Assembly (NCBI GenBank): GCA_963931605.1
Contig: OZ007031.1
Coordinates: forward strand, 913,332-977,331
DNA: 64,000 bases
Reading direction: 5' to 3'
Source: an uncultured Coriobacteriaceae bacterium
GTDB taxonomy: Bacteria; Actinomycetota; Coriobacteriia; Coriobacteriales; Coriobacteriaceae
Position numbers and translations under genes: made by a program. This document shows positions 49,954-61,550 of this stretch, one piece after another. Positions within the stretch are counted from its first letter, which is position 1. Each line of letters opens with the position of its first letter. The notes below the pieces were generated by a model. The model was given only the letters and a program-made list of their open reading frames with translations, had not been told where the DNA came from and did not search any database.

Positions 49954-50511
49954 ATGAGAACCGTGCGCGTGGCGGCAGCCATCATCGTACAAGAGGAACG
50001 CGTGCTGGCCGCACAGCGCGGCTACGGCGAGTTCGCGGGCGGCTGGGAGTTCCCCGGCGGCAAGATCGAGCCCGGTGAGACGCCCGAAGGCGCCTGCGTG
50101 CGCGAGGCGCGCGAAGAGCTTGGCGTCGAGGTGTGCGACCTCGTACCGTTCCACACGGTAGAGCATGACTACCCGGATGCCGAGCACCCCTTCCACCTTA
50201 CTATGCACTGCTTCCTGTGCCGCAAGGCCCCCGGGCCCCTTCGCGACTCCGAGCATGCAAGCCTGCGCTGGCTTGCCCCGCACGAGCTGACGTCCGTGGC
50301 ATGGCTTCCCGCCGATATAGAGCTGGTAGAGAAGCTCAAGATGCACTTGGAAACAGGAGACGCCGCGAAGCTGGCGAGCGAAACGGACAACGCGGCCGAG
50401 CAGGGCAGGGCCAAAGCAAGTGCCGCCCACGGATCCGGCTACCCAACTGGGGCCGACAGCCCCGCCGAGCCTGAATGTGCCGCCGAGCCTGAAAGCGAGG
50501 AGCGCCCATGA
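49954..50511 (+). CDS. NUDIX hydrolase (MutT/8-oxo-dGTP diphosphatase-like), 185 aa
   Basis: Nudix box GGWEFPGGKIEPGETPEGACVREAREELG. AAGGGG lies 8 nt before ATG 49954. Confidence 0.88.
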   Translation: MRTVRVAAAIIVQEERVLAAQRGYGEFAGGWEFPGGKIEPGETPEGACVREAREELGVEVCDLVPFHTVEHDYPDAEHPFHLTMHCFLCRKAPGPLRDSEHASLRWLAPHELTSVAWLPADIELVEKLKMHLETGDAAKLASETDNAAEQGRAKASAAHGSGYPTGADSPAEPECAAEPESEERP

Positions 50512-53255
50512 CCTCGACCCAACCCCGGCGCCTCGACACCAGCGCAAACAACACGCACCCCATCACGAATCCCGGCCGCATACCGCAACCGCACAGCACG
50601 GCCGACGACGGCGCAGAGACACACGTCAGCACAGAAGCGCACGCAAGAAGGGCGCGCCCCGCGCTCGAGCAGACCATGCCCCTGCCGAAGATGAAAGACC
50701 TGCCCGCGCAAGAGGGCCCGCGCCGCAGCGAGCGCGCCGCGCGCCCCGCAGGCGGACAGCCGCACCCGCGCGCAACGGCGCGGCGCGGGCAAGCCGCAGC
50801 GCGCAGGACGGCAGAGCATCCGACGCCGCGCCGGCAAGGTCCGGCGGGCGCCGGGCGCGCCGAGGCCGCCCAGCCGCAAGCGCCTTTGCGCGGCCGCAGG
50901 CAGCATGCCGTGCGCGGCGGCGCGGCGGCACACCCGCGCGACGCTGGAGCAGCGCCCCGCAGCGGCGCCGAAGCCAGCAGCCGCGCTGCCGGCCGCCCGC
51001 GCGCGACTCCAAGCAGCGCGGAGCGGCAGGCGTCCGTGCCGAGCCGCCCCGCGCCGGTCGAGCTGCGCCGGCGCCCGCATGCCAGCGCCGGCACCATGGT
51101 CAAGCGCCGCAGCCCCATCGCCCTTCTCCGCCGCCAGTGGCTTCAGCACGCCGTGGGGCGCACGGGCACGCCGGCCGCCCCGGGACGCATCCCTGCGCTC
51201 GACGGCCTGCGCGCGCTGGCCGTCATCAGCGTGGTTCTCTACCACGCGCGGCCGCAGATCCTTCCCGGCGGCTTTCTGGGCGTGACGCTCTTCTTCGTGA
51301 TCACCGGCTTCCTCACCACCCGCAGCATCGAGCGCGAGCTCAGCCGCACGGGATCGTTCTCGTACCTCGGGTTCATCGGCAGGCGCCTGGCGCGTCTCGT
51401 GCCGCCCGTCCTGGTGCTTATCGCCCTTACGGCGCTGGGGACCTACCTGGTGGGCCCGAGCCTTTTGCCCAAGGTGCAGGCGGACGCGCTCCCCTCTGCG
51501 CTGTTTTACAGCAATTGGGCGAACATCCTGCGCGACGAGCCCTACTTCGCCGCCGCGGGCCTTCCCTCCCCCCTCACGCACCTGTGGTTTCTGGGCGTGA
51601 CCATGCAGCTCTACCTTATATGGCCGCTTATGCTCATCGCCATTGCCCGCGGGCTCAGCACTCGCGAGCGCGCCGTCGGCTGCGTCGGTGGGCTCGCGCT
51701 TCTCTCCACCGCCGCGATGGCCGTGCTCTTCGATCCTGCGGGCAACACCGCGCGCGTCTATTACGGCACCGACACGCGCGCGGCCGAGCTGCTCGTGGGC
51801 GCCGGGCTCGCGCTGGCGCTGCCGCTCGTGCGCTCGTGGCGCCCCGACACTGCGCGCACCGCGCACCCGCGCCTTGCCAGGGCTGCCGCAGCTGCGCAGC
51901 GCATCGCGCTCGGCAGCGACTCGAGCACCTCTGTGGGCTGCGTGTGCCTGGTGATTCTCGGCGCGGCCTACATGCTCGCAAACGGCGAGAGCGCCCTGCT
52001 CTACCGGGGAGGCTTTCTGCTTGCCGCCCTGCTGTGCGCGCTGCTTGCGCTGTGCGTCCTGCAGCCCGAAAGCGGCCTGGCCGCCGTGCTTAGCTGGGCG
52101 CCCTTCACCTACCTGGGAACGCGCTCGCTGTCCATCTACCTGGTGCATTACCCGCTGCTCACCCTCATGAACCCCGCCGCGAACACCACCGAGCTGCCCT
52201 GGTGGGGCACGGTTTTGCAGCTTGCCTGCGTGCTTGCGGCTGCCGAGGCGTTTTACCGTCTCGTCGAGAAGCCGAGCGTTTCGTGGGTTCGGCAGCTGGT
52301 GGGCAAAGAGGAACGCACGGAGACCCCGCGCAAGGAGCGCACCTCAAACGCAAGGGCGACCGCGTGTCTGCGTGCCCTCGCCAAGATGCGCACGCGCGGC
52401 GCGGGGCGCTACGTGGCCGCAGACCAGGCTGCCGGCGCCGAGGCTCCGGACGCGCAGGCAACCCAAGACGGCGAACCGGCGCGCAGCCCCTCTCCGCTTC
52501 TCGACCGCCTGCGCGCGTTTAGCTCGCTGCTGCCGCGCCCGCACTACCTGACGCTTGCCGCGGCTTTGAGCGCGTCGGCCGTGGTCACGCTCGCCTTCGT
52601 GCCGGTCAACTGGGAGGGCATCGCGCGCGAGCGCGCCGAGGCCCTCCGCCCCGAGCTCACCGCCGAGGCCGCGCCCACCTCCGACGCAAGCGGCCACGGC
52701 ACCTCGGAAACCGCAGGCCCCGTGGCCGAGAAGATCCCCGCCAACCTCCCGTGGGAGGCCTGGTCCTTTGACGAGGACGCAGGCACCTGCGACGCCAACG
52801 TGCTCATCGTCGGCGACTCCGTCACCGAAACCGCCCAAGACGCCCTGCAGGAAGCGCTGCCCTACGCCCGCGTCGACGCGGTGATCGGCCGGCAGTTCTA
52901 CGGCAGCGAGGACACCATCACCGCCGACGAGGCCGACTTCGACGCCGCGGCGGTTGTCGTGGCGCTGGGCGGCAACGGCACGATCAACTACGACGAGCAG
53001 GTGCAGGCCGTCATCGACGCCGCCGCAGGGCGGCCGCTCTACTTCGTCACCATCCGCTGCCCGCTTCCCCTGCAGGATCAGAACAACGCCAAGCTGCGCG
53101 CCTTCGCCGCCAGCAACGACAACGTGGGCATCATCGACTGGTACGGCGCGAGCGAGGGCCACAGCGAGTACCTGGAAGACGACGGGCAGCACCTCACCCC
53201 CACCGGCGTTGCGGCGTACACCGCGTTGATCCGGCAAGCGCTCTGCGGCCGGTAG
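50508..53255 (+). CDS. acyltransferase-3 family membrane protein with C-terminal SGNH domain (OatA-like O-acetyltransferase) and ~200-aa basic N-terminal extension, 915 aa
   Basis: LDGLRALAVISVVLYH, FFVITGFL and about 10 TM helices. C-terminal SGNH-like LIVGDSV...GGNG...DGQHLT. ATGA overlap with the NUDIX stop, with GAGGAG 6 nt upstream. Confidence 0.85.
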   Translation: MTSTQPRRLDTSANNTHPITNPGRIPQPHSTADDGAETHVSTEAHARRARPALEQTMPLPKMKDLPAQEGPRRSERAARPAGGQPHPRATARRGQAAARRTAEHPTPRRQGPAGAGRAEAAQPQAPLRGRRQHAVRGGAAAHPRDAGAAPRSGAEASSRAAGRPRATPSSAERQASVPSRPAPVELRRRPHASAGTMVKRRSPIALLRRQWLQHAVGRTGTPAAPGRIPALDGLRALAVISVVLYHARPQILPGGFLGVTLFFVITGFLTTRSIERELSRTGSFSYLGFIGRRLARLVPPVLVLIALTALGTYLVGPSLLPKVQADALPSALFYSNWANILRDEPYFAAAGLPSPLTHLWFLGVTMQLYLIWPLMLIAIARGLSTRERAVGCVGGLALLSTAAMAVLFDPAGNTARVYYGTDTRAAELLVGAGLALALPLVRSWRPDTARTAHPRLARAAAAAQRIALGSDSSTSVGCVCLVILGAAYMLANGESALLYRGGFLLAALLCALLALCVLQPESGLAAVLSWAPFTYLGTRSLSIYLVHYPLLTLMNPAANTTELPWWGTVLQLACVLAAAEAFYRLVEKPSVSWVRQLVGKEERTETPRKERTSNARATACLRALAKMRTRGAGRYVAADQAAGAEAPDAQATQDGEPARSPSPLLDRLRAFSSLLPRPHYLTLAAALSASAVVTLAFVPVNWEGIARERAEALRPELTAEAAPTSDASGHGTSETAGPVAEKIPANLPWEAWSFDEDAGTCDANVLIVGDSVTETAQDALQEALPYARVDAVIGRQFYGSEDTITADEADFDAAAVVVALGGNGTINYDEQVQAVIDAAAGRPLYFVTIRCPLPLQDQNNAKLRAFAASNDNVGIIDWYGASEGHSEYLEDDGQHLTPTGVAAYTALIRQALCGR

Positions 53256-53367
53256 GCCTGCCGACGGCACAGCGCTAGCAAGATCCGCGTGCAAAAACGC
53301 CGCCGCCGGCCTCCGCGCCACCCGCAGGGCCCGACGGCGCCCGCTGTTCTCGCCCGGCCGGCCGGGC

Positions 53368-55212
53368 CTACCGCCCGCGCTCGGTGCGCCAGCGGTTAAG
53401 GCAGGCGGCGAGCTCCTGCTTGCGCGGAAGCGCAAGGCCGCAGGCGGCGTACCCATGCGCGGAAAGCGCCTGCCACCCACGCTCGGCGAGCTCGGCATAC
53501 AACGCATCGACTGCCTCCGAAACCGTGCGCGAGCCGTCCAGCGCCCCGTCTTGGGCGAGCTTGCGCACCATCTGCGCCAGCGCCGCCACCTGCTCGGGAT
53601 CCACCAGCTGCTCTACCAGCCGCACATCAGCAGAGCCCGTGCCCACGCTGAGCTCGTCAAGCCCCTGCGCGCGCACCTTCAACCGGGTGCCGCGCGCATC
53701 GTCGCGGCCGCGGCGCTTATCGTACGCACGGCGGCCGGAGGCACCGGCCGCCCCGCCGACGCTGAGGACGAGGCGCTTGCCGCCCGCCGGCACGGCAAAG
53801 CCCGCCGCCCGCACCGGCAACGCAGCTCCGTGCGCGGCGCACACCTCCCGCACGCGGTCGGTAACGTCCAAGGCCTCGTAGCGGTCCATCTGAACCACCG
53901 TGTCGGCCGCCGGGAAAAACGCCCCGGAGCTTCCCACCACGATGACGCTGCTCACGCCGGCGCGCTCCCACAGGTCGCGCACGCGCTCGACAAAGGGCGT
54001 GATGGGCTCGTGGTCGGCAGCCACGACCTCTTCCATCAGCGCGTCGCGCACCATGAAGTTGGTGGCCGAAGTGTCCTCGTCGATGAGCAGCGTGCGGCAA
54101 CCAGCCTCCAGGGCCTCCACAGCACCGGCCGCCTGCGAGGTCGAGCCGCTGGCGTCGGCGGTTGAGAAGCGCCGCGTGTCGCGCCCGTCGGGCAGGTTGT
54201 TGATGAACAGCGAGATGTCGGTGCCGCGCACCGGCCGCCCGTCCTCGGCGCGCAGCTTCACGGCTGCCGCGTCGGTCACCACGAGCTCGCGGCCGTCGCC
54301 CGCCACGTGGTTGTACACGCCCTCCTGCAGCGCCTTGAGCAGCGTGGACTTGCCGTGGTATCCCCCGCCCACGATGAGCGTGACGCCGCAGGGCACGCCC
54401 ATGCCCGGGGTGGGTCCGCGATGCGGCAGGTCAAGCACAACGCGCAAGCGCTCGGGCGCGCGGAAGGGCTTGGCACCGGCGAGCGGGCGCGCCGAGACGC
54501 CGCTTTGGCGCGGGAGCACCGCGCCGTCCGCCACGAAGGCCACCAACCCGCGGCGCGCCAGCTCCGCGCGAGCCGCCGCCTGGTCGTCCGCAAGGTCGGC
54601 CGCTTGGCGCGCAGCGGCCAGCGCTCCAGCGTCGGCCGCGAGCGCGCGGCAGACGCAGCGCGGCACGAGCTCGCACAGCATGCGCTCAAGCGCCGCGGCG
54701 TCAACCGTGCGGCCGTGCGCGGGAAACCCCGCCTCGAAGCGCAGCGTCACTCCACGCGGCCCCACCGTGCAAGCGCTGCGCGGCAGCACCTCCGGGCCAG
54801 GGCGGCTCGTGGCGACAAGGCCGCTTTTGCCCGAGCCACCCACCTTGAAGCTCACCTGCGCGGCCTCGCGGCAAAAACGGCGTATGAGCAGGTCTTCGAG
54901 CGCGCAGCGGCGCTCCGGCGTGGAAAAAAGCTCGGGCGGAAAGCTGGGGATCGAGTCGGCGCGAGCCCTGAGGTTCGCGCCGGGGCTCGCGCCCTGCCCG
55001 CCCTCCTCGCCAGGCAGCGCATCGGACGCGCCGCCCCGCGCCGGCACGAACACGCTCAGCTTGGAAGGCGCCGCAAACGGATCGCCCTGCACGTGGTCAA
55101 CGGTGAGCGTAAAACCGTCAAGCCGGTAGCTGCCCCGCAGGCTCTTGAGCGCCGGATACCCGCGCCGGTCCATGCCCGCCAGCATCCGCCTCAGGTCTTT
55201 CTCCGTCTTCAT
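53368..55212 (-). CDS. ABC-ATPase domain-containing protein (predicted ATPase of the ABC class, PF09818-like), 614 aa
   Basis: N-terminus LRRMLAGMDRRGYPALKSLRGSY, Walker A GGGYHGKSTLL, LLIDEDTSATNFM. ATG 55212 has AAAGGGG upstream. Confidence 0.8.
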   Translation of the reverse strand: MKTEKDLRRMLAGMDRRGYPALKSLRGSYRLDGFTLTVDHVQGDPFAAPSKLSVFVPARGGASDALPGEEGGQGASPGANLRARADSIPSFPPELFSTPERRCALEDLLIRRFCREAAQVSFKVGGSGKSGLVATSRPGPEVLPRSACTVGPRGVTLRFEAGFPAHGRTVDAAALERMLCELVPRCVCRALAADAGALAAARQAADLADDQAAARAELARRGLVAFVADGAVLPRQSGVSARPLAGAKPFRAPERLRVVLDLPHRGPTPGMGVPCGVTLIVGGGYHGKSTLLKALQEGVYNHVAGDGRELVVTDAAAVKLRAEDGRPVRGTDISLFINNLPDGRDTRRFSTADASGSTSQAAGAVEALEAGCRTLLIDEDTSATNFMVRDALMEEVVAADHEPITPFVERVRDLWERAGVSSVIVVGSSGAFFPAADTVVQMDRYEALDVTDRVREVCAAHGAALPVRAAGFAVPAGGKRLVLSVGGAAGASGRRAYDKRRGRDDARGTRLKVRAQGLDELSVGTGSADVRLVEQLVDPEQVAALAQMVRKLAQDGALDGSRTVSEAVDALYAELAERGWQALSAHGYAACGLALPRKQELAACLNRWRTERGR

Positions 55213-55469
55213 GCGCGCCCCTTTCAGTTGCCTCAGCTCCCATTCTGCACAAAACGAGCCGCTTCCCGCCTCCCCGCAACGCGCGTGCACAAAAATGAGA
55301 TTTTTTCCACCTCCGCGTGCTTCTCCACCAGCCCCGAAGCGCCGCGCAGGCACCCAAGCGCTCCCAAGAAGGCGGTCGGTACCCGCGCGTCCTGCTATCA
55401 TGGTGCACGTTCAATTTCGCTCAAAAGATGGGCGGGGCGCGCCGTGCCCGCCTGTGAAAGGACGCTTAG

Positions 55470-56873
<1,404 letters not shown>

Positions 56874-56900
56874 CCGCCGCGCCAAGCGCTGCCGCACCGC

Positions 56901-56936
56901 AAGCCCCGCGGGCCCCACGGCTCGCGGGGCTTTCTG
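56901..56936 (+). terminator. hairpin terminator after asnS
   Basis: AAGCCCCGCG-ggccccacggct-CGCGGGGCTT followed by TCT, 28 nt after the stop. Confidence 0.65.
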
Positions 56937-57190
56937 CATCGCAGCCAAACCGCGGCGCCCGCCCGGTCCGCGCGGCGCGGGCGCTGCGCAGGCCCCCGCG
57001 CCGCTCCCCAACACCCGACCGGCGCACGCCGCCACACACGCAAACGCACGCCGCCGCACACGCAAAACATCTTGCAAATTGTCAGGTTAACCACCCTTGT
57101 TGCGACCACGCCCCGCCAGCCAACGTGGTACAAAGAAACCATGTGCAAACAAGTTGTCCGCAACGCATCGCCGTTGGAAACGGAGGCACC

Positions 57191-59344
57191 GTGATCACGC
57201 GTTACCGCTTTGGCACCCCCATCGAAACCGACACCGTCCCGCGCAAGCCGGACCCCGCCACGGGCCCCGTGCGCCACCTCGCCGTCCATCTGCCCGGCGA
57301 GCCCGTAACAGCGTCGGAACAAGAAAAACCCGGCGGCGAGGCCGTCAACCCCAGCCGCGGCGAGGCCGGCCCCGCCGCAAACAAGCAGGCCGACAAGCTC
57401 TTCTTCACCTGTCCCCTGCGCGAGGCCGACATCGTCTACGGCCTCGGCGAGCAGATGGGCGGCATCAACAAGCGCAACGCCGTCTACACCTCCCGCTGCA
57501 TGGACAACGACCTGCACACCGAGGATCGGCGCAGCCTGTACTCGGCGCACAACTTCCTCGTGGTGCACGACACGGCGCGCGGCGGGCGCACCTTCGGCGC
57601 CTTCGTCGACTGCGCCGGCATCGTCACCTTCGACGTGGGCGAGACCCGCCGCGACGAGCTCGTCATAACCCTCGACGACCCTGACGCCGACCTCTACCTC
57701 ATCGAGGGCGCCGACCCTGCCGACGTGGTGCGCCAGTTCCGCCAGCTCATCGGCCAAAGCTACATCCCGCCCAAGTGGGCCTTCGGCTACCAGCAGAGCC
57801 GCTGGGGCTACCGCACCGAGGAGGACTTCCGAGACGTTGCCGAGCGCTACCGCACCGCGCGCATCCCGCTCGACGCCCTGTACATGGACATCGACTACAT
57901 GGACGACTACGAGAGCTTCACCGTAAGCCCCGAGCGCTTCCCCCACTTCGACCAGCTCGTAAGCGAGATGCGCGCGCAGGGCGTCCACCTCGTGCCCATC
58001 ATCGACGCCGGCATCAAGGTCAAGCCCGGCTACCGCGTCTACGACGAGGGCGTCGCCCAAAACCGCTTCTGCAAAGACGAGAAAGGCGAGGACTTCGTCT
58101 GCGGCGTGTGGCCGGGGCACTGCCACTTCGTCGACGTGCTCGACCCCGACAACCGCCGGTGGTTCGGCAAGCAGTACCGGGCGCTTCTCGACCGCGGCAT
58201 CGACGGCTTCTGGAACGACATGAACGAGCCGTCCATCTTCTACACGGAGGAGCGCCTCGCCGAGGCGTATGCCCTGGTTGACGAGCTGCGGAACGGCGAG
58301 CTCGACCTCACCACCTACTTCGCCATGAAGGACGCCTTCGGCGCGCTCTCCAACAACCCCGCCGACTACCGCCTCTTCTACCACACCGTGAACGGGCGGC
58401 GGGTGCGGCACGACAAGGTGCACAACCTCTACGGCTACAACCTCTCGCGCGCCGCCGGCGAGGCCTTCGAGCGCCTCTCGCCCGACAAGCGCATCCTGCT
58501 GTTCTCGCGCTCCTCGATGATCGGCATGCACCGCGTAAGCGGCATCTGGACCGGCGACAACATGGCGTGGTGGTCGCACCTTCGGCTCGCGGTGTGCCAG
58601 ATGCCCAACATCCAGATGTGCGGGTTCCTCTACACCGGCTCCGACCTGGGCGGCTTCGGCTCCGACACCGACGAGGAGCTCATGGTACGTTGGCTCGAGT
58701 TCGCCGCGTTCGTGCCGCTCATGCGCAACCACTCCGCCAGCCCGCGCGCCCAGGAGCTCGACTGCTTCACGTGCACCGACACCATGCGCCGCATCGTCGA
58801 GCTGCGCTACGCGCTCATCCCCTACCTGTACAGCGAGTTCGTGAAAGCTGCGCTGGCTGGCGACCTGTACTTCAAGCCGCTCTCCTTCGTCTACGGCGAC
58901 AACGGCCGCACAGAACGCGTGGAAGACCAGCTCATGGTGGGCGAGTCGGTCATGATCGCCCCGGTGGTCGAGAAGAACGCGCGCGGACGTTACGTATACC
59001 TGCCCGAGCCCATGCGCATGGTGCGCTTCCGGGCGCTTGACGACTACGACGTAGCCGATCTCGCCGCCGGCGACCACTGGGTTGACCTGGCGCTTAACGA
59101 GCTCGCGATCTTCATCCGTCCCGGCCACCTGGTGCCGCTGGCCCAGCCGGCGCAGACCACGCGCGACATGGACTTCACCCACCTGCGCGTGCTTGCCAAC
59201 GTGGGCGCAGGCGAGACGGCCGCCTACACCCTTTACGACGACGACGGCTATACCCGCGCGATCGACGTGCGCGAGCATTTCCACACCGTCACGGTGGAAA
59301 ACGGCGCCGCAAGCTGCCCCACCAAGCACATGGAGCTCTTCTAA
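57191..59344 (+). CDS. glycoside hydrolase family 31 (alpha-glucosidase/alpha-xylosidase-like), 717 aa
   Basis: Motifs GYQQSRWGY, LYMDIDYM and GFWNDMNEP (nucleophile region). GTG 57191 with GGAGG 4 nt upstream is preferred over the track start at 57125. Confidence 0.88.
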   Translation: MITRYRFGTPIETDTVPRKPDPATGPVRHLAVHLPGEPVTASEQEKPGGEAVNPSRGEAGPAANKQADKLFFTCPLREADIVYGLGEQMGGINKRNAVYTSRCMDNDLHTEDRRSLYSAHNFLVVHDTARGGRTFGAFVDCAGIVTFDVGETRRDELVITLDDPDADLYLIEGADPADVVRQFRQLIGQSYIPPKWAFGYQQSRWGYRTEEDFRDVAERYRTARIPLDALYMDIDYMDDYESFTVSPERFPHFDQLVSEMRAQGVHLVPIIDAGIKVKPGYRVYDEGVAQNRFCKDEKGEDFVCGVWPGHCHFVDVLDPDNRRWFGKQYRALLDRGIDGFWNDMNEPSIFYTEERLAEAYALVDELRNGELDLTTYFAMKDAFGALSNNPADYRLFYHTVNGRRVRHDKVHNLYGYNLSRAAGEAFERLSPDKRILLFSRSSMIGMHRVSGIWTGDNMAWWSHLRLAVCQMPNIQMCGFLYTGSDLGGFGSDTDEELMVRWLEFAAFVPLMRNHSASPRAQELDCFTCTDTMRRIVELRYALIPYLYSEFVKAALAGDLYFKPLSFVYGDNGRTERVEDQLMVGESVMIAPVVEKNARGRYVYLPEPMRMVRFRALDDYDVADLAAGDHWVDLALNELAIFIRPGHLVPLAQPAQTTRDMDFTHLRVLANVGAGETAAYTLYDDDGYTRAIDVREHFHTVTVENGAASCPTKHMELF

Positions 59345-59492
59345 CCCATCGGGCGGGGCCGCTTCCCGCGCCAAGCCCCGCCCCGCCTGCTCCGCTTCGC
59401 CTGACCAACCGTTCCATCGCACAGCCGACAAAACGCGCTGAATCCAGGCGGCTTTTGTCAGCCGTGCGACGCTTTTAGATGGGCGGGCGCGA

Positions 59493-60746
59493 CTAGCCTT
59501 CCAGCCGGGTGGTGAGCTCTTGGGCAAAGGCCACGCAGTCGGCCTGCACGGCGTAGGTGGCGGCGGCCATGATGGGCGCCTCCGGGTCCTCGTTCACCGC
59601 GATGACGGTCTGCGCGCCGCCAATGCCGGCCAGGTGCTGGATCGCGCCTGACACGCCGAGCGCAACAAGGAGCTTGGGCGCCACCGACACGCCGGTCTGC
59701 CCCACCTGGTGGCGGTATGCAAGCCAGCCCATCTCAACGAGCGGGCGCGTGCACCCCACCTCGCCGCCTAAGAGCTCGGCCAGCCGCCGCACGAGCGCCA
59801 GGTTCTTCTTGGATCCAATGCCGCGACCGGCAACCACCAGCACGGGTGCCTCGGCAATGGAGGCGCCCTCGGCAAGCAAGCGCCGCTCGAGCACCCGCAC
59901 GTGCGAGGTCGCCCGGGGATCAAGCGCAACCTCGCTCACCCGGGCGAGAAGATCCTCTGCCACGGGCGCCGCAAGGCCGTCCGCATCCCCCGCGCCACCT
60001 GCGCCAACCAGCCCCGCAAACACCCCAGGGCGCACGGTGGCCATCTGGGGGCGGTGCGCCGGGCACGCGATCGTGGCCATGAGGTTGCCGCCAAAGGCCG
60101 GGCGCGTCTGCTGCAGCAAGCCCGTGGCGGGGTCGATCTCGAGCACGGTGCAGTCGGCCGTGAGCCCCGTCTGCAGGCGCACGGCCACGCCCGGCGCGAG
60201 CTCGCGCCCGAAGGGCGTGGCGCCGCACAGGATGATCTCGGGCTTGCGCTCGCGCGCCAGCTCGGCAAGCCACGCCGCGTACGGCTCGGCGTCGCGCTGG
60301 GCCAAGCGCTCGTCACGGCAGAGCAGCACCGCGTCCGCACCGCCGGCAAGCAGGCGCGCGCACGCAGCGTCCGCCGGGCCGCCCGCACCGAGGGCGACAT
60401 CGTCTGCGCCCGTGCCCAGCACCGCCGTCACCGCGCAGCCGCGCGCCGCCGCCAGCTCGCGCGCCTTGGCCACCAGCTCAAAGACCACGGGCAGCACCGC
60501 GCCCGCGTCCTGCTCGCAGAAGACCCACACGCCCTGCCAGGCGGCCAGGCCGGCGGCATCCGCCGCCGCGCCTTTCTCGATATGTAGCGCGCCCACCGGG
60601 CACGCCTCCACGCAGGCCCCGCACAGCACGCACCCTTCCGTCACGCGCGCCAGGCGCCCCTCCACCACGATGCCCGCCGTGGCGCAGGCCTTCTCGCAGC
60701 GGCGGCAACCAACGCAGCGCGCCGCGTCGACAACCAGCCCGCTCAT
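59493..60746 (-). CDS. etfA: electron transfer flavoprotein alpha subunit with N-terminal 2x[4Fe-4S] ferredoxin domain, 417 aa
   Basis: CVGCRRCEKAC and CVLCGACVEACP are followed by the EtfA core (RPAFGGNLMATI, VVAGRGIGS, QVGQTG, LVALGVSGAIQHLAG). ATGA overlap with etfB. Confidence 0.9.
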   Translation of the reverse strand: MSGLVVDAARCVGCRRCEKACATAGIVVEGRLARVTEGCVLCGACVEACPVGALHIEKGAAADAAGLAAWQGVWVFCEQDAGAVLPVVFELVAKARELAAARGCAVTAVLGTGADDVALGAGGPADAACARLLAGGADAVLLCRDERLAQRDAEPYAAWLAELARERKPEIILCGATPFGRELAPGVAVRLQTGLTADCTVLEIDPATGLLQQTRPAFGGNLMATIACPAHRPQMATVRPGVFAGLVGAGGAGDADGLAAPVAEDLLARVSEVALDPRATSHVRVLERRLLAEGASIAEAPVLVVAGRGIGSKKNLALVRRLAELLGGEVGCTRPLVEMGWLAYRHQVGQTGVSVAPKLLVALGVSGAIQHLAGIGGAQTVIAVNEDPEAPIMAAATYAVQADCVAFAQELTTRLEG

Positions 60747-61549
60747 AGCGTCATCCCCTCGATAAGATCCGCCACCTGCGCGGCCTGCTCGGCCACCGTC
60801 CCCTCAACCCGCACCGCCGCGCTCGTGCGCTGCGGCACGAAGGAGCGCACCACCTGCGTGGGCGAGCCTGCCAGGCCGCAGCGCGCGGGGTCGGCCCCGG
60901 CTGCGGGGGCGTCCAATACGCGCACGCGCGCCCGCTCGCCGAAGCGCACGCCCGCGATAGAGGGCATGCGCAGGTCGGCCGCCTCCTTGGCAACCGTCAG
61001 CACCGCCGGCAGCGGCGCCTCGGCAAGCTCGGTTCCGCCCTCGCAGCCGCGCCACACCCGCACGCGCCCCGCGCCCACCTCCGCGAGCTCGCGCACGTCC
61101 GTCACGCAGGGCACGCCCAGGGCGCCCGCGATCTCCGGGCCGATCTGCGCCGTGTCGCCGTCCACGGCCATCTTGCCGCACAGCACCAGGTCGGCCGGCG
61201 GCATCTGCGCAAGCCCGCAGGCAAGCGCGTAGGAGGTCGCCAGGGTGTCCGCCCCGGCAAAGGCCCGATCCGAAAGCAGCACCGCCGCGTCCGCCCCGCG
61301 GGAGAGGGCGTCGCGCAGCAGCCGCTCCGTGTCCGGGATCCCCATGGAGAGCACGCTCACCGAAACCGGCTCGGCCGGCGCGCCCTTCTCGCCCGCGGCA
61401 TCCTTGATGCGCAGGGCAAGCTCCAGCGCCGCGGTGTCAAAGGGGTTGATCACCGCTTGGCGCCCGTCGCGCACGATGGTGTGGGTCACCGGGTCCATGC
61501 GCACCTCCGTGGTAGAGGGCACCGCTTTCACGCAAACCACCACGTGCAT
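60743..61549 (-). CDS. etfB: electron transfer flavoprotein beta subunit, 268 aa
   Basis: MHVVVCVKAVP, INPFD, VDGDTAQIGPEIA. GGGGAGG RBS before ATG 61549. The upstream part of the track ORF is out-of-gene read-through. Confidence 0.9.
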   Translation of the reverse strand: MHVVVCVKAVPSTTEVRMDPVTHTIVRDGRQAVINPFDTAALELALRIKDAAGEKGAPAEPVSVSVLSMGIPDTERLLRDALSRGADAAVLLSDRAFAGADTLATSYALACGLAQMPPADLVLCGKMAVDGDTAQIGPEIAGALGVPCVTDVRELAEVGAGRVRVWRGCEGGTELAEAPLPAVLTVAKEAADLRMPSIAGVRFGERARVRVLDAPAAGADPARCGLAGSPTQVVRSFVPQRTSAAVRVEGTVAEQAAQVADLIEGMTL

Positions 61550-61550
61550 C

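Noticed and set aside
59351-59460. Hairpins after the GH31 gene (GGGCGGGGC/GCCCCGCCC, GACAAAA/TTTTGTC) as terminators
   Set aside because: The stems are short or have large loops, and no U-tract follows. They are plausible but not supportable from sequence alone.
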